The notes beneath the pieces were generated by a model. That model made no database searches. It worked only from the letters and a program-made list of their open reading frames with translations, and was not told where the DNA came from. From Podarcis cretensis (lineage: Eukaryota): a stretch of DNA of 64,000 nt. Below, one piece after another: positions 13,019 through 24,101 of the stretch. The stretch is from the NCBI GenBank assembly GCA_951804945.1, contig OX638154.1:51646001-51710000 (forward strand), given 5' to 3'. The position numbers and the translations under genes are program-made. Each line of letters opens with the position of its first letter. Within the stretch, counting starts at the first letter, position 1.

Positions 13019-14435
13019 GTAAGGACCACGAGAAGCGAAGGGACTGTGTGATGCTTAAGAGGCCCATTCTAGAGATGGCATTAGGGAAGCTTTGTCACAG
13101 TGGAACTTTGCTCTGCAAAGCTTAAGCTAATAAAATCAGATGTATAAAACAACTCAGAATCTCCTTCCCCTCTCTTGCTTGGTGCCTCGCAGTCCATAGG
13201 AAGAAAATAGATTATCTGCCCCACTCTTTGTGCTTCTTCACTTTCCACACCCCTGTAATTTTTAGGATTATCCATTGTTGCAAGCCAGAATGAATAAGGG
13301 AGGGGAAATGGTGGATAATGCCATTGCTTCTGCAAATGTGTAAATAATGTCCACCCATAATGAAGATACTCAAGCCCTTCTGCTCCGTCCCATGCTGGGT
13401 CTCTCACTTTCAGCCTCATTTACTTGTAATGGCTCATTAGAGCTGGTCAAATGCTTCATTACTCTTCTGGTCTGAGCACTTGTGTGGCGGACATAGCAAA
13501 CATGCAGGCAGGAGAATAGAGGCCGCAGAGCAGGCGGAGAAGGTGCCCTTGTGCCACAAGGTTGGGTACTGCATGTACAAGAGTGAATGTGCACAAGAGC
13601 ACTTTGGCTAGCAGAGCAAACTCTCCAAGCAACTGGTTTTATTTTGTGGTGCAACTGCAGCTGCCCTCTACATAAGATCTGCTGCCCTCACAAAGTTCAC
13701 TGCCAGTTCTTTCTGAAACCTGTGCCAGGTTGTGAGCTCCAGCTTGGCACTCAACTCAATCGTCGTGTTCTTAAACTAGAGGAATGAAGCCACAATATCA
13801 TAAATGGCTGTTTCTGAAAGAACGATTGTAGAGCCACAGATTACTTTGTCATTTAGCACTTTATCAGTCTCGTTTCATTTATCACTGCATTATTCTGCAT
13901 TTCATTTCCCTGTGACTTCATTGGTTACAGCCCCCTCCATGTCCCCAGGCATGTGTATATATACATATACCTGTAATTCAGAGTAACACTTCATGCATCT
14001 AATGGGCTGTAGTTCACAAAAGCTATGCCACAGTGAATTTATTAGTCTTTAAGGCACCGCAAATACCTTCCTTGTTTTTGCTGCCCCCTGGAATTCGACA
14101 TTTATTGTGTTTTGTTTCCCCAAGAAGTGTCAGAAATTTAGTTCTAATCTTAGAACTTGGGGACCGTGTAGTTATTTCTCAGTAATGTGAAGATGGGCTC
14201 CAGAATATTATTTATTACTATTCTGCATGTTCTAGGACTTAGCCCTGCCACTGAAACAGGTTCCAGAGACAAAATGTGGCTCAAATTAAGCCAGGCAGGT
14301 GTTTGCTGCTGAGCATCCACAAAAGCAGCTGCTATGGGCACGTTTTCTCTGTGTTTCACAGAATTCCTGTGCATGAAGTCAAAGAGGCTGTTTAAGATCT
14401 CTGCTTTCAGACTGGCAGAATTTGGTCAACAGGTA

Positions 14436-14787
14436 CAGTGGTGCCTCGCAAGACGAAATTAATTCGTTCCGCGAGTTTTTTCGTCTTGCGATTTTTTCGT
14501 CTTGCGAAGCACGGACTTTGGAAAAGCTTCAAAAATCACCAAAGTCTTCAAAAACCTCAAAAAAGGCTACCACACCGCGTGCTATGAGTTGCTCCTCAAA
14601 GTGAATGCACGGTTTTAAGAAAAAGGAAACAAACTTGCAAGACAAAGGAAACAAACTTGCAAGACGTTTCCGTCTTGCGAAGCAAGCCCATAGGGAAATC
14701 CGTCTTGCGAAGCAACTCAAAAAATGAAAAACTTTCGTTTTGCGAGTTTTTCGTCTTACGAGGCATTCGTCTTGCGAGGTACCACTG
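14436..14787. mobile_element. Tc1/mariner-superfamily (pogo/Tigger-like) MITE, 352 bp
   Basis: 22-bp TIR CAGTGGT(G/A)CCTCGCAAGACGAA with 1 mismatch, TA on both flanks, internal repeated CGTCTTGCGA motifs. Confidence 0.9.
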
Positions 14788-15524
14788 TATCTCCGCAGGG
14801 GCTAAAAGTGAGACCAGTGTACGCCTCTCCCTTGAGCAGGGCAATAGGAAGCCTCCACTAGAACAGAGAACATGGTCCTCCCTGAACATATGTCTTCTGG
14901 CAGGCATTAAAAAAAAGATATGAGCGTAGCATGTATTGGAACAGAGGCAGCCAATTTTGTACTGCATTTTTGTTTGCAACTTGCCATTCCCTTGTACGAC
15001 TTGGAAGCCTTTGCATGTGAGAAGCCCCATGTGAATCCTGCTGTATTCAGGGCTTATGCTAGAGCTTCAAGGACAGCCATGAGTTAGTCTGCTGTTCAGT
15101 GTGGAACATAATGCCCAGTGGGTGTTCCTTGACATATAACCCCCTAGGGTGATGTGTTTATAACGGCATAATAGGTATTATAAACCACTTAGTCACTACC
15201 CGCCAGGCCTGATGCTCAATTGGCTGCATCTCCAAAGGCTATAATTTGGCTCTTCGTGTGTCTAAGGCTGGCAACTTCTTCTCAGCTGGACCATTCCTTT
15301 CTGGCACTGAGGGAGGCCACTTTCTAGCTGATGTGGTTCTGAATGTTCCATTACTGTGGAGAGGAGGTTTGCTTTCACGGTGTCTGTTAATTCCCTGGGT
15401 GCTCATGAAGAAAATTGCAGGTGGGCAGCTTGGGGCTATTGTTCCGAGGGACAACTCAGAATTAAGCAAGGAAGAGACCTGATCAATGATCTTTGTCTGC
15501 TCTCCTCTCTCTCAAACTCACCAG

Positions 15525-15676
15525 AAGAAGTATGCAGCCAGCCCCTACTCAGATGAGATTGTGATGGAGGTTTCAGCAAAACAGCAGGATGAACCAGAGA
15601 TGCTGTGGGTGATGGGGCCTGTCCTGGCTGTCATCTTAATCATCATCATTGTCATTGCTATCCTGCTCTTCAAAAG
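15525..15676 (+). CDS. PTPRF: PTPRF transmembrane exon (KKYAASPYSDE...MLWVMGPVLAVILIIIIVIAILLFK)
   Basis: caccag/gtgagc boundaries, 152 nt; hydrophobic helix encoded ~15600-15671. Confidence 0.96.
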
Positions 15677-16457
15677 GTGAGCACACGCCTATGCCCGTGC
15701 AGTGTTGTGGTGTCCATGGTGCAGTATTGTGCCAAGCTCAAGAACATTTACAGTGAGCAAACTATATTATAAATCCAAGGACACTGTCTCTTCTGGGGGA
15801 TGTGGTCTGAACCTTCCTGAAGGTTTCTCAATGGAGCATGCAAAACAGTGCTATGTAAGGCAAGCCCTAGGAAGGGGTGGGGAGCATGGGATCACATTCA
15901 GTGGTCTCGGCATTTCATTTTGTGCTGGGAAGGTATATACTGGAAGTGAACTGAGGCTGTGTCAGTGCCAGATGAACTGTGAAGCCATAGGACATGGCTT
16001 CTGCTTAGTGGTTCTAGGGTGATGACCTGGATCACCATGCCTCAGATTAAGTAAAAGGCTCTGGCCAAGAAATGCCTACATCCCTTGGTTTATTCAGAGG
16101 CCTGGTGCTTTTCCCCAAGTCTTCTTGGCTCCAAGAATGAACCCTCCATGTGGTAACAGGGACCCTTTGTTCCAGAGCTTTGTCCTCAGCCTAGTCATAG
16201 GTGTTCTGATCCATGATCTGGGACATGGGTGTCAAGTGCTTGGGCTGTTAAAAGAAGCAGGAGCTGCTCATTTGGTTACAGGGAGTGCTTACTCTCCCAC
16301 CTTTGCTCTGGGAAGCTGTCATCATTTTTCTCCAACTAAATGTGCATAATAACACCAAGAGGGGAGGTGACTTTGGGTTATTGCATGCACAATTAGTACC
16401 TTTTTGTAACCTGGATTTCCTCTTTTTTTTCTCTATTTCTGCTGTCCCTGGATCTAG

Positions 16458-16469
16458 CAAACAAGAAAG
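16458..16469 (+). CDS. PTPRF: 12-nt juxtamembrane micro-exon (gives LLFK-SKQE-RKR)
   Basis: Pyrimidine tract with TGC at 16440, tctag acceptor, exon CAAACAAGAAAG, donor gtagac. Phase 2-2 fits the flanking exons and it is similar to 4-aa inserts I recall at this position in LAR-family PTPs. Confidence 0.75.
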
Positions 16470-18061
16470 GTAGACATCTGCCCTCCTCCCCCCACCCTTA
16501 CTAATCCTTTGCTTTGTCTGTTTCACATCCACTGTTTCATCTTGTTAAAAACAGTAAGCATAAGTCTTCCTACCCAGACTAATCTGGCTTTTGGATATTG
16601 CTCTGCCTACCAAGCCATTGTGGTGTCCTAAACTCCTTTAACCTTCTCTTGCTGTTATATTTAAATAAATGACTTCACAAGTAAGGTGTGACAGAGTTTT
16701 AGAAAATTCTTTTTTCAGTGCATTTGGTGTTCCAGGATTTGTGGGGTTTTTTGCCCCCTATATTGATCAAGGATGTGACATTACCATGAGCTGACTCTAG
16801 TTCCTTGACATAATCAGCATGCTCTATAAACCAGTTAATAAGGCCTTGCTCTGAGCTGTTCCCTTTTCAGTGTCACTGTGTGTGTCCTACAAAGGTCTCC
16901 CACTGCTTGCTGACTTTGGTGTCTAGCTGATTCTTAGTAAATCTGGAAGTAATGCTGTTACAACAGAGTGACACTGACTTTCAGCAGGAGGCAGGAACCA
17001 AAGCAAAGTCTTGGGCTTATTTCAACAATGGTCCCCTTTGGTGATAAATTCAAGTTGATGCAGGGCTCTTATTTCAGATGCTGTAATGTGGTGGCTGCTT
17101 TATAAATGACTCCCCACTCCATGCATGCATGTGCATACAGCTGAACAAACTTTTGTTTTCTCCCCTCACAGCACAGAGAGCTCGTGAGGCACCATGCTAA
17201 TTGTGGCAATTTCTCCCTTCTAACAAACAGACTTGTGCCGTCAGGCAAAGTAAAAAAAATCCTTTTCAGGGTGCTATCAACAGTGTCTCCAGGTTAATCA
17301 TAAGTGCTTTGGGCTTCTGATGCATTTGAAAGAGCAACAGATACACACACCTCTCTGCTGAATTGCCTGCAGGATTGCAGCACAGTGCTCCTTAATACCA
17401 GGCTGGGGTGTTTCTGTTTCTGTTGAATACCCCCTCCCCGTGGCTTAGTTACCCCAGAAAACACATTGCAACATTAAGAGGCAACACCATATGAGGTTTT
17501 TTGGTTTAATGATAGCCACTGGACATCACTGATAACTCTTCTTGTCATGCCAAAATTTCCTGTAAATGTCTCCCATTTAATCACTGAGCAGGTTCATCTC
17601 TGCTTAGCTAGTGAAATCTACTAGGATAAGAGCCTAGGGTGCTGGAGCTGCAGGCATAAATATAGCATGAAGAGACAACAGTGTATTTTATTGTTCCATT
17701 AACACACGCCTGGGGGGCCTTCAGCCACTCAAGACAAGTATTAATGGACCAATAAAATTCACCCTAAAGAGCCCTTACCCTATTATATTACAACTCTTCA
17801 CATTTTAAATAATTTTTTTAATACTTGGCAAAATGTTAACTATATTCATCCACCACAGGAAATAGTTCCCAACACTGGTGTGTGGAAGATGGAAGTGGAA
17901 CTGGAGATTTTGTAAGCCTGTGTCTGGCTCTGGGGAGGGGGTTACCAGTCCCCCTTACAGCTAGGTGCATTATTGAGTCTGCTACAGGGTCATCTTGAAG
18001 CTCTCTGCCATTTGCTCCATGCCCAGATCTACCTTCTGAGCTGCGCCTTCTCTTCCTTTAG

Positions 18062-18177
18062 GAAAAGGGCCAATTCACCCTCCGCCAAGGATGAACATTC
18101 CATTGGCCTGAAGGACTCCTTGCTGGCCCATTCCTCTGATCCTGTTGAAATGAGGCGACTCAACTACCAAACACCAG
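18062..18177 (+). CDS. PTPRF: PTPRF intracellular juxtamembrane exon (KRANSPSAKDEHS...NYQTP)
   Basis: ctttag/gtaggt boundaries, 116 nt. Confidence 0.96.
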
Positions 18178-20156
18178 GTAGGTACCACTTGACGGCCCCA
18201 CAGAGGCCCGTGCTCCTTTTACTGGCAGAAGTTTGTGATAAGAGAGCCTCTTCTTCCGTTTGCAGTGTTGTGTGCACCTTCTCAGGCTAGGTTCAGAGGC
18301 CAGTGTGGCTCAATACACTGTCGCTCACGTGTATATCTGACATTGGCAACAGTCAGAATGGCGATGGCAGGCTTTCTGTTGGCTCAATAGCCTGACCATA
18401 CATGCATCACAAGGTGCTGGAAGGCATAGCGTGACAAAGAACAGGCTCTAATGGAGCCCTTGTCATGATTTATCTTATATTCCATAGATAACACTCAGTT
18501 TTTTGGCCCAGATCGTGCTCTCCAGATATGGCCTCAAAATTAGACAGCAAAAGGAAAGTCCGACATCCCAGTAGGTCCACTGTCAAGTAGCAGATAGGCA
18601 GGTTCATGATTCAGCTCCTGCAGTGCTTCCAACTCTTAAGGTATGTTGCAGTTGTAATAGATGCTGCTTAGCTGTGTCAGCAAAACAATCTGTCTTCAAC
18701 AGAGTCTATTTCCTAGATTTCTTGCTTTGTGGAGGGCCTCACATCCTCATCTGAGGCAGGATGTGGTTTGCATTCTATCGTGTTAGAGTTAAAGCAACCT
18801 ATTCCTTCCTTATTTAGATTGTGGGATTCATGAAGGCTATTGAATGATGTTAGCAGTCAGTGGGGGCTTCTAGTTCAGTACACCCAGACTCTACCTAGCA
18901 ACATGTGACCTGTATTCCTTTTCCTCAAAACTATTTGTCCTCCTATAATAGATTTTTGGGGGAAAGCAGTTGCAGGAAGGGAATTGGAAGTTGTGTCCTG
19001 TGGCTATGTGCAGTGCTGCTCTCTTGTTTCTCTCTCTAGGCTTGAGTCCTTTACCTCATACTGCCTTGCAGATGGGTCAGAGGACGGGGGCTTGTGTAGG
19101 TTGTACGCACACAGCTTGCAGAATTGGGAGCACGACCCACCCTATTAGTGTAAAGTCATTATTCCACCAGATGGTTTGCAGAGTCCAACATGACAGGAGA
19201 GTTAGAGGTCTAGTCCAGAGGGGTCACAGAGAGAAGATAGAGGCATGGACATGGTGCAGAGTTGTATGTGCTAACAAGGGATGTTGCACAAAAGGGAAGC
19301 TTGACAAAAGAAAGCGAGTTAGCCTCATAGTGTATATGCAATCCCCCACACGTATTCTCAGGCATGACCATACTTGCTGAGCTGCTAGCTTGAGCTTTTG
19401 CACCCTTTTATCTTCTCAGGTGCCCAGTAGGGAACAATCAGTGTAAAAAAAATTTCTGGTATTATTGTTTCAGCCTGAGACACTTAGTTGCCTCCACCTA
19501 GCCTCACCCTCTTCTGTGATGGATGGATGCCTTCTGTGGGCCAGACAGCAGCAACTAAACCCTGAGCAGTCTCATAGTTGATATCCCTTCTGGCAAATGT
19601 AGAGGCAGGAAAGGCCTTGCTCAGTACATAATTAATCAAGCTGCTGTTATTAAATATTAAGCTTATCACTTTAATAGTTTCCACTTCAGACACAGGTTCT
19701 TGCGTGAATTGTCAGCTCCTTTGTTCTCATGTTCCATTTTGCAGACTTGTGGCAGGTCAGGCAGGGTGATGTCGCTTCTAAGCGATTGGGTGAATTTTGA
19801 CTACACCTTGGTTCCAAGGCTCTGCTGCTGTCTCATGTAGGAGGGAAGCGTGGTCTTGGAAAGCAGCATGTGCTGGGAACAGGAACTCTGTTTCCTGGCC
19901 AACAAGCAAAGCCATCTATCATGTCTGTTGTGGGGAAATCCTCTTTGTGAAATAATCCTGGCTGTACTTGGTGCTTGTCTTAATACATCACCCTCCATGC
20001 TGCCACGTGTGTAGCAAGCATCAAGCTGCAATTCCCATCCCTGAATGTAGGAATGTGAAGGTTGTGGTGGGGATTTTTGTGCTGCCCTTTGACCCTCCTC
20101 TGTCGCATCTTTAACTCTTCCCTCAGCAACAGCTAATGGGATTTCTGTTCTTTCAG

Positions 20157-20189
20157 GTGCCAGTGGCCCCAGTTGCCCGAATATCTCAA
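20157..20189 (+). CDS. PTPRF: 33-nt micro-exon (LASE-a equivalent), reading G-ASGPSCPNIS-S
   Basis: tttcag acceptor, gttagt donor, phase 1-1; SCPNIS matches the known 11-aa LAR juxtamembrane insert. Confidence 0.88.
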
Positions 20190-20786
20190 GTTAGTTTTCT
20201 CTCCTCCTCCTTTTTCTTCTTCCTCACTATCTTTTCCCCGCCTCTTTCTTTCTCATCTTTTTTGTTCAGTGTCATGAAGGTCAACCTCACTCACCACAGA
20301 CTTAGTGCTAACCCTTCTCTTGTTAGTGAGCCAGGCTGCCCCCCACAAACTAGTCTCTGGTGCTACTCACATACAATGCTCCAGCCTGCATGTGAAGAAA
20401 GAGAGATTAACACATCACAGTTTTCCAAACAATGAAATTCCTAAATCAGCCATCAAAATTGCAATCTTGACTGAGCACCTGAAGCTGCAGCAGCTCTTTC
20501 TTTGGTATGTTATAGGACCCCAACTTAGGGAAGCAAGGCCTGGTTGCAGTTGCAAAGGATGCACTTATATCATGTGGAAGCCATACAGCATCTCCTCCAA
20601 AATGAAAAGGAAGTGTTCTCTATGCAAATGTAGTCCAGCAAGCTAGGACTTGCTCATCTCCTCCATATGCTCCTCAGCCACTGTTTTGCAGGCAGCACCT
20701 TACTGGAATGCCTTAAAGCCAAATGTATTTATTTAGGCATTCAGTCATTCTTAAACCCAGTTATACACAGGTATAAAAACAATGAC

Positions 20787-21177
20787 ATTACTACTACTAC
20801 TATTATTATTATTATTATACCACCCTTCATCCAAGGGTCACAAGGCAGTTTACAATATAAAACTACAAAAATACATACTATAGTAACAAACAAAAACCAC
20901 ACACACACACAGTTTAAAAGGTCATAGATTGTCTAATTAGCCAAAGGCCTGGGAGAAAAGGAATGATTTTGCCTAGTACCTAAAGATATGTAAGAAAGGC
21001 GCCAGGTGAGCCTCCTTGGGGGACGGCATCCCACAAAGGGGGAACCACCACAAAAATGGCCCATTCTTGTGTTGCCACCCTCCGGACCTCTTGTGGAAGA
21101 TGCACATGAAGAAGGGCCTCAGATGATGAGTGCAGGGTCCAGGCTGGTTGATCAGAGGAAAGGTGGTCCTTGAGGTA
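20787..21177 (-). mobile_element. L2-clade LINE 3' fragment
   Basis: Minus-strand peptide YLKDHL...TLHSSSEALL...RRVATQEWAIFVVVPPLWDAVP resembles the L2 ORF2 C-terminus; ends in an (AAT)n/(TAG)n tail. Confidence 0.75.
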
Positions 21178-21259
21178 CAATACAAAATAATACACGAGAG
21201 TAGCGGAAATTAAAATTTACAAAACCAAGTCCTGCAGATAATTCCATAAAATCCCAACA

Positions 21260-21610
21260 CTTAAAAATGTTTGTGAAAACAAAAAGGTTTTGAGCTGATG
21301 CAAAAAGGATAACTCCATGGGCACTGACCCTTGATGTGGGACATCAAAAGGGGACTTTTGTTCACATCTTAACAACCAGGCGGGACAGTACTGGGAGTGG
21401 TGCTCCTTCCGGGGTCCTGAGTCATGCAGGACTTAATAGGTCAGTGATAGTACATTGGATTGATCTCAGAAATGTATTGGAAGCCTATGTAAATCCTATA
21501 GAATTAGAATAATATGATTCCAGGTGGTTGACCCACTAACCAAATGGGCTGCTGCATTTTCCTCTAACTGCAACTTCCGAACCATCTGCAAGAGTAGTCC
21601 CTCATGCAGC
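21260..21610 (-). mobile_element. Older degraded L2-like fragment
   Basis: Segment gctgcattttcc...aactgcaacttccgaacc resembles antisense L2 ORF2; boundaries approximate. Confidence 0.4.
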
Positions 21611-22579
21611 TGCTCTTTTATTCTTTTGCTCTCTCTGCCTATGTTCTTAATGAATGTGAAGTGCAGTGTGTCACCTACAAATACTCTCTTAATTTTCTGA
21701 GCTTCTGGTGGACAAAGGAGAAGGATGGGATTTTGTTCTATATTGTGCCTGTAAAGTTTACTTTGGCTCTGGCCTCCACGGCAAGAGGAAAATGCGGGGG
21801 GGGAGGGGATTGCTGCAGATTTTACTTCCTATTGATACTTTGAGAATTGCAGAGGAACAGAGATGGGGTTTAACTTGTAAGAACAGATCCTGTCTCTTGA
21901 TTAGGGGCTGGTGTAAGTCTACTTTGTGAGATTGTGCATCATTGCACAGTCATCAAACTCAAGAAGGCTAGTTGCACAAAAGCTTACTTTCCAGACCCTC
22001 TTTGCTCCCTACCTATCACTAGGCAAAATATTCTTTGATAAGGAATGGTTTTTAATTGCCCAGCTTTTAGATACAGGATTTCTTGGTGCCTTTCTTATAG
22101 ATTCATGGCTGTGAGTGCTTAAGACTTGTCCACTGCCTCGGTCACTGAGAACATGAGAGTGGGCTGTTGAGAGATACAGAAAGTGGTCCCAGAGCCCAGT
22201 GAACAATGCTGGCCTCTGTTCAGGATCTCTGTATCTGTACTGTAGTGTGCACTGTCTGAATGGAATGCAGGGCGCAGACTCCAAGGGCTTTGTACTTTAT
22301 TGCCTAGGCCCCTTCCAGCCTCAGTCCATACAGCAGTATCTTCACCCTTTTTGGCCTGGTATTATATGTAGAAGCCATCTGGCTGGTCGCTGTCTCATCA
22401 GAGCATGCACACATACATTGTGCCATTGCGTGGGCACTGCATGCCATGTTTCCTCACTCATGTTCCATCCATCGCGCCACATTGCCATTTGGTCTGCTGT
22501 GCGCATGTGCAGGAACACTCTTCAGCTGTGCAATAACTTCTTACCTTGCTACCTCCCCTCCTTATGTTTGATCTGGTAG

Positions 22580-22677
22580 GCATGCGTGATCATCCTCCCA
22601 TTCCAGTGACAGACCTCGCAGACAACATCGACCGACTGAAGGCCAATGATGGGCTGAAGTTTTCCCAGGAATATGAG
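22580..22677 (+). CDS. PTPRF: PTPRF exon, wedge region ([32 protein letters not shown])
   Basis: tggtag/gtaagc boundaries, 98 nt. Confidence 0.96.
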
Positions 22678-23660
22678 GTAAGCCTGCTTGGGTGTTTAAT
22701 CTTGGATCTGTATTCTTCCAGACTCAGGGGTCAACAACCTGGTGCCCTCCAGATTTCTGGACTGCAACTCCCGTGAGCCCCAGCCAGAGAGTTAATGAGA
22801 GTTGTGATTTAGAATGTCTCGATAGCACCGGAATGGTTGCTTTTGACCTGGACAATAGTTGTGTCTGCAGCTCCTTAGCCCAACCTAACATTGCAGAACT
22901 TACAAAAGAATTCTGCCCATAACTGCCCTATATGCTGGGAAAGAAGTGTAAAATGTAATGTGTGAACGGTCAAGTGCAGACCTGTTTTGCTTCCAGTATA
23001 TAGAGAAATATAGATATAGATTCTCACATTATGTTTTGCACACTTTCTGTTAGTTATTAATTATATTGGAAAAGGTTACAGTTTCAGTAGCCTCGGAGTG
23101 CTGTATATGCTGTGATGGAGGCCAAAATAGTGGTATTGAGAGGCCAGGAATTATGGTGGCTTTTGCAGGCAAACTCCTTCTCTCCACGATGAACCATTTA
23201 CTAGGCAGATGATTAATCTGAAAAATTGCTATGTTGGAAAAAGTTCCCTTGTAGCTATTAGAGTCACAGTAGCAGGATAAATGTTTTCCTGTGCTTGCAG
23301 CATGCCCTGTAGGGCCCACTTCAGCTGTGAGGGGCTTAAATCATAAATAAAACTCTTCTCATATGTGTAGAGGGGGAGGATAAATTGAGGAAGTGTCCTT
23401 TTCATGCATTATTGGTCCTGCTTGAATTGTTATCTTCTTTTGCCCCTGACCTCCCCTTGCAGCAGCATATCTCCCTTGATTCAGGGGATGTGATACAAGC
23501 ATTGCCCAGAAGGCAAGATTATAGAGGCCAGGGAGAAGCACTGGCTGGCTAAAGGCTAGCATGTGAAAGAGGCACCAAAGCCTAGCAAGGTTTGGAAAGA
23601 CTATTAACCACACACTGCTGATCCACAGCATTTAGCAGGGAAGGACACAAAAAAGGAGTA

Positions 23661-24101
23661 CCGTATTTTTCGCCCTATAGGACGCACTTTTTCCCCTCCC
23701 AAAATGAAGGGGAAATGTGGGTGCGTCCTATGGGGCGAATACAGGCTTTCGCTGAAGCCTGGAGAGCGAGAGGCTCTCGCTCTCCAAGCTTCAGGAAGCT
23801 TTGCGCAACCCTCCGGAGCCCGGCGCCAAGCCGTGCCGGCCTCCAAAGGGTCGCGCAGAGCTGCCTGCCCTCCCGGGCTCCGCGCAGCTCTGCGTGACCC
23901 TCCGGAGCCCTGCGCGACCCTCCGGAGCTTCGGCATCGTTCTGGCTCCTGTTCTGGGGGCTGGGGTCGAGGGAAGCTCGGGCTTCCCCCGCCCCAGCCCT
24001 GCGCCTGGGGGGGGGATATTTTTTTTCCTTTATCCCCCCCCCCCAAAAAAAATCTAGGTGCGTCCTATGGGCCGGTGCGTCCTATAGGGCGAAAAATACA
24101 G
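23661..24101. mobile_element. TcMar (Tc2-like) MITE, 441 bp, GC/CpG-rich interior
   Basis: 27-bp TIR C(C/T)GTATTTTTCGCCCTATAGGACGCAC with 1 mismatch, TA flanks at 23659-23660 and 24102-24103, subterminal GTGCGTCCTAT repeats. Confidence 0.9.
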
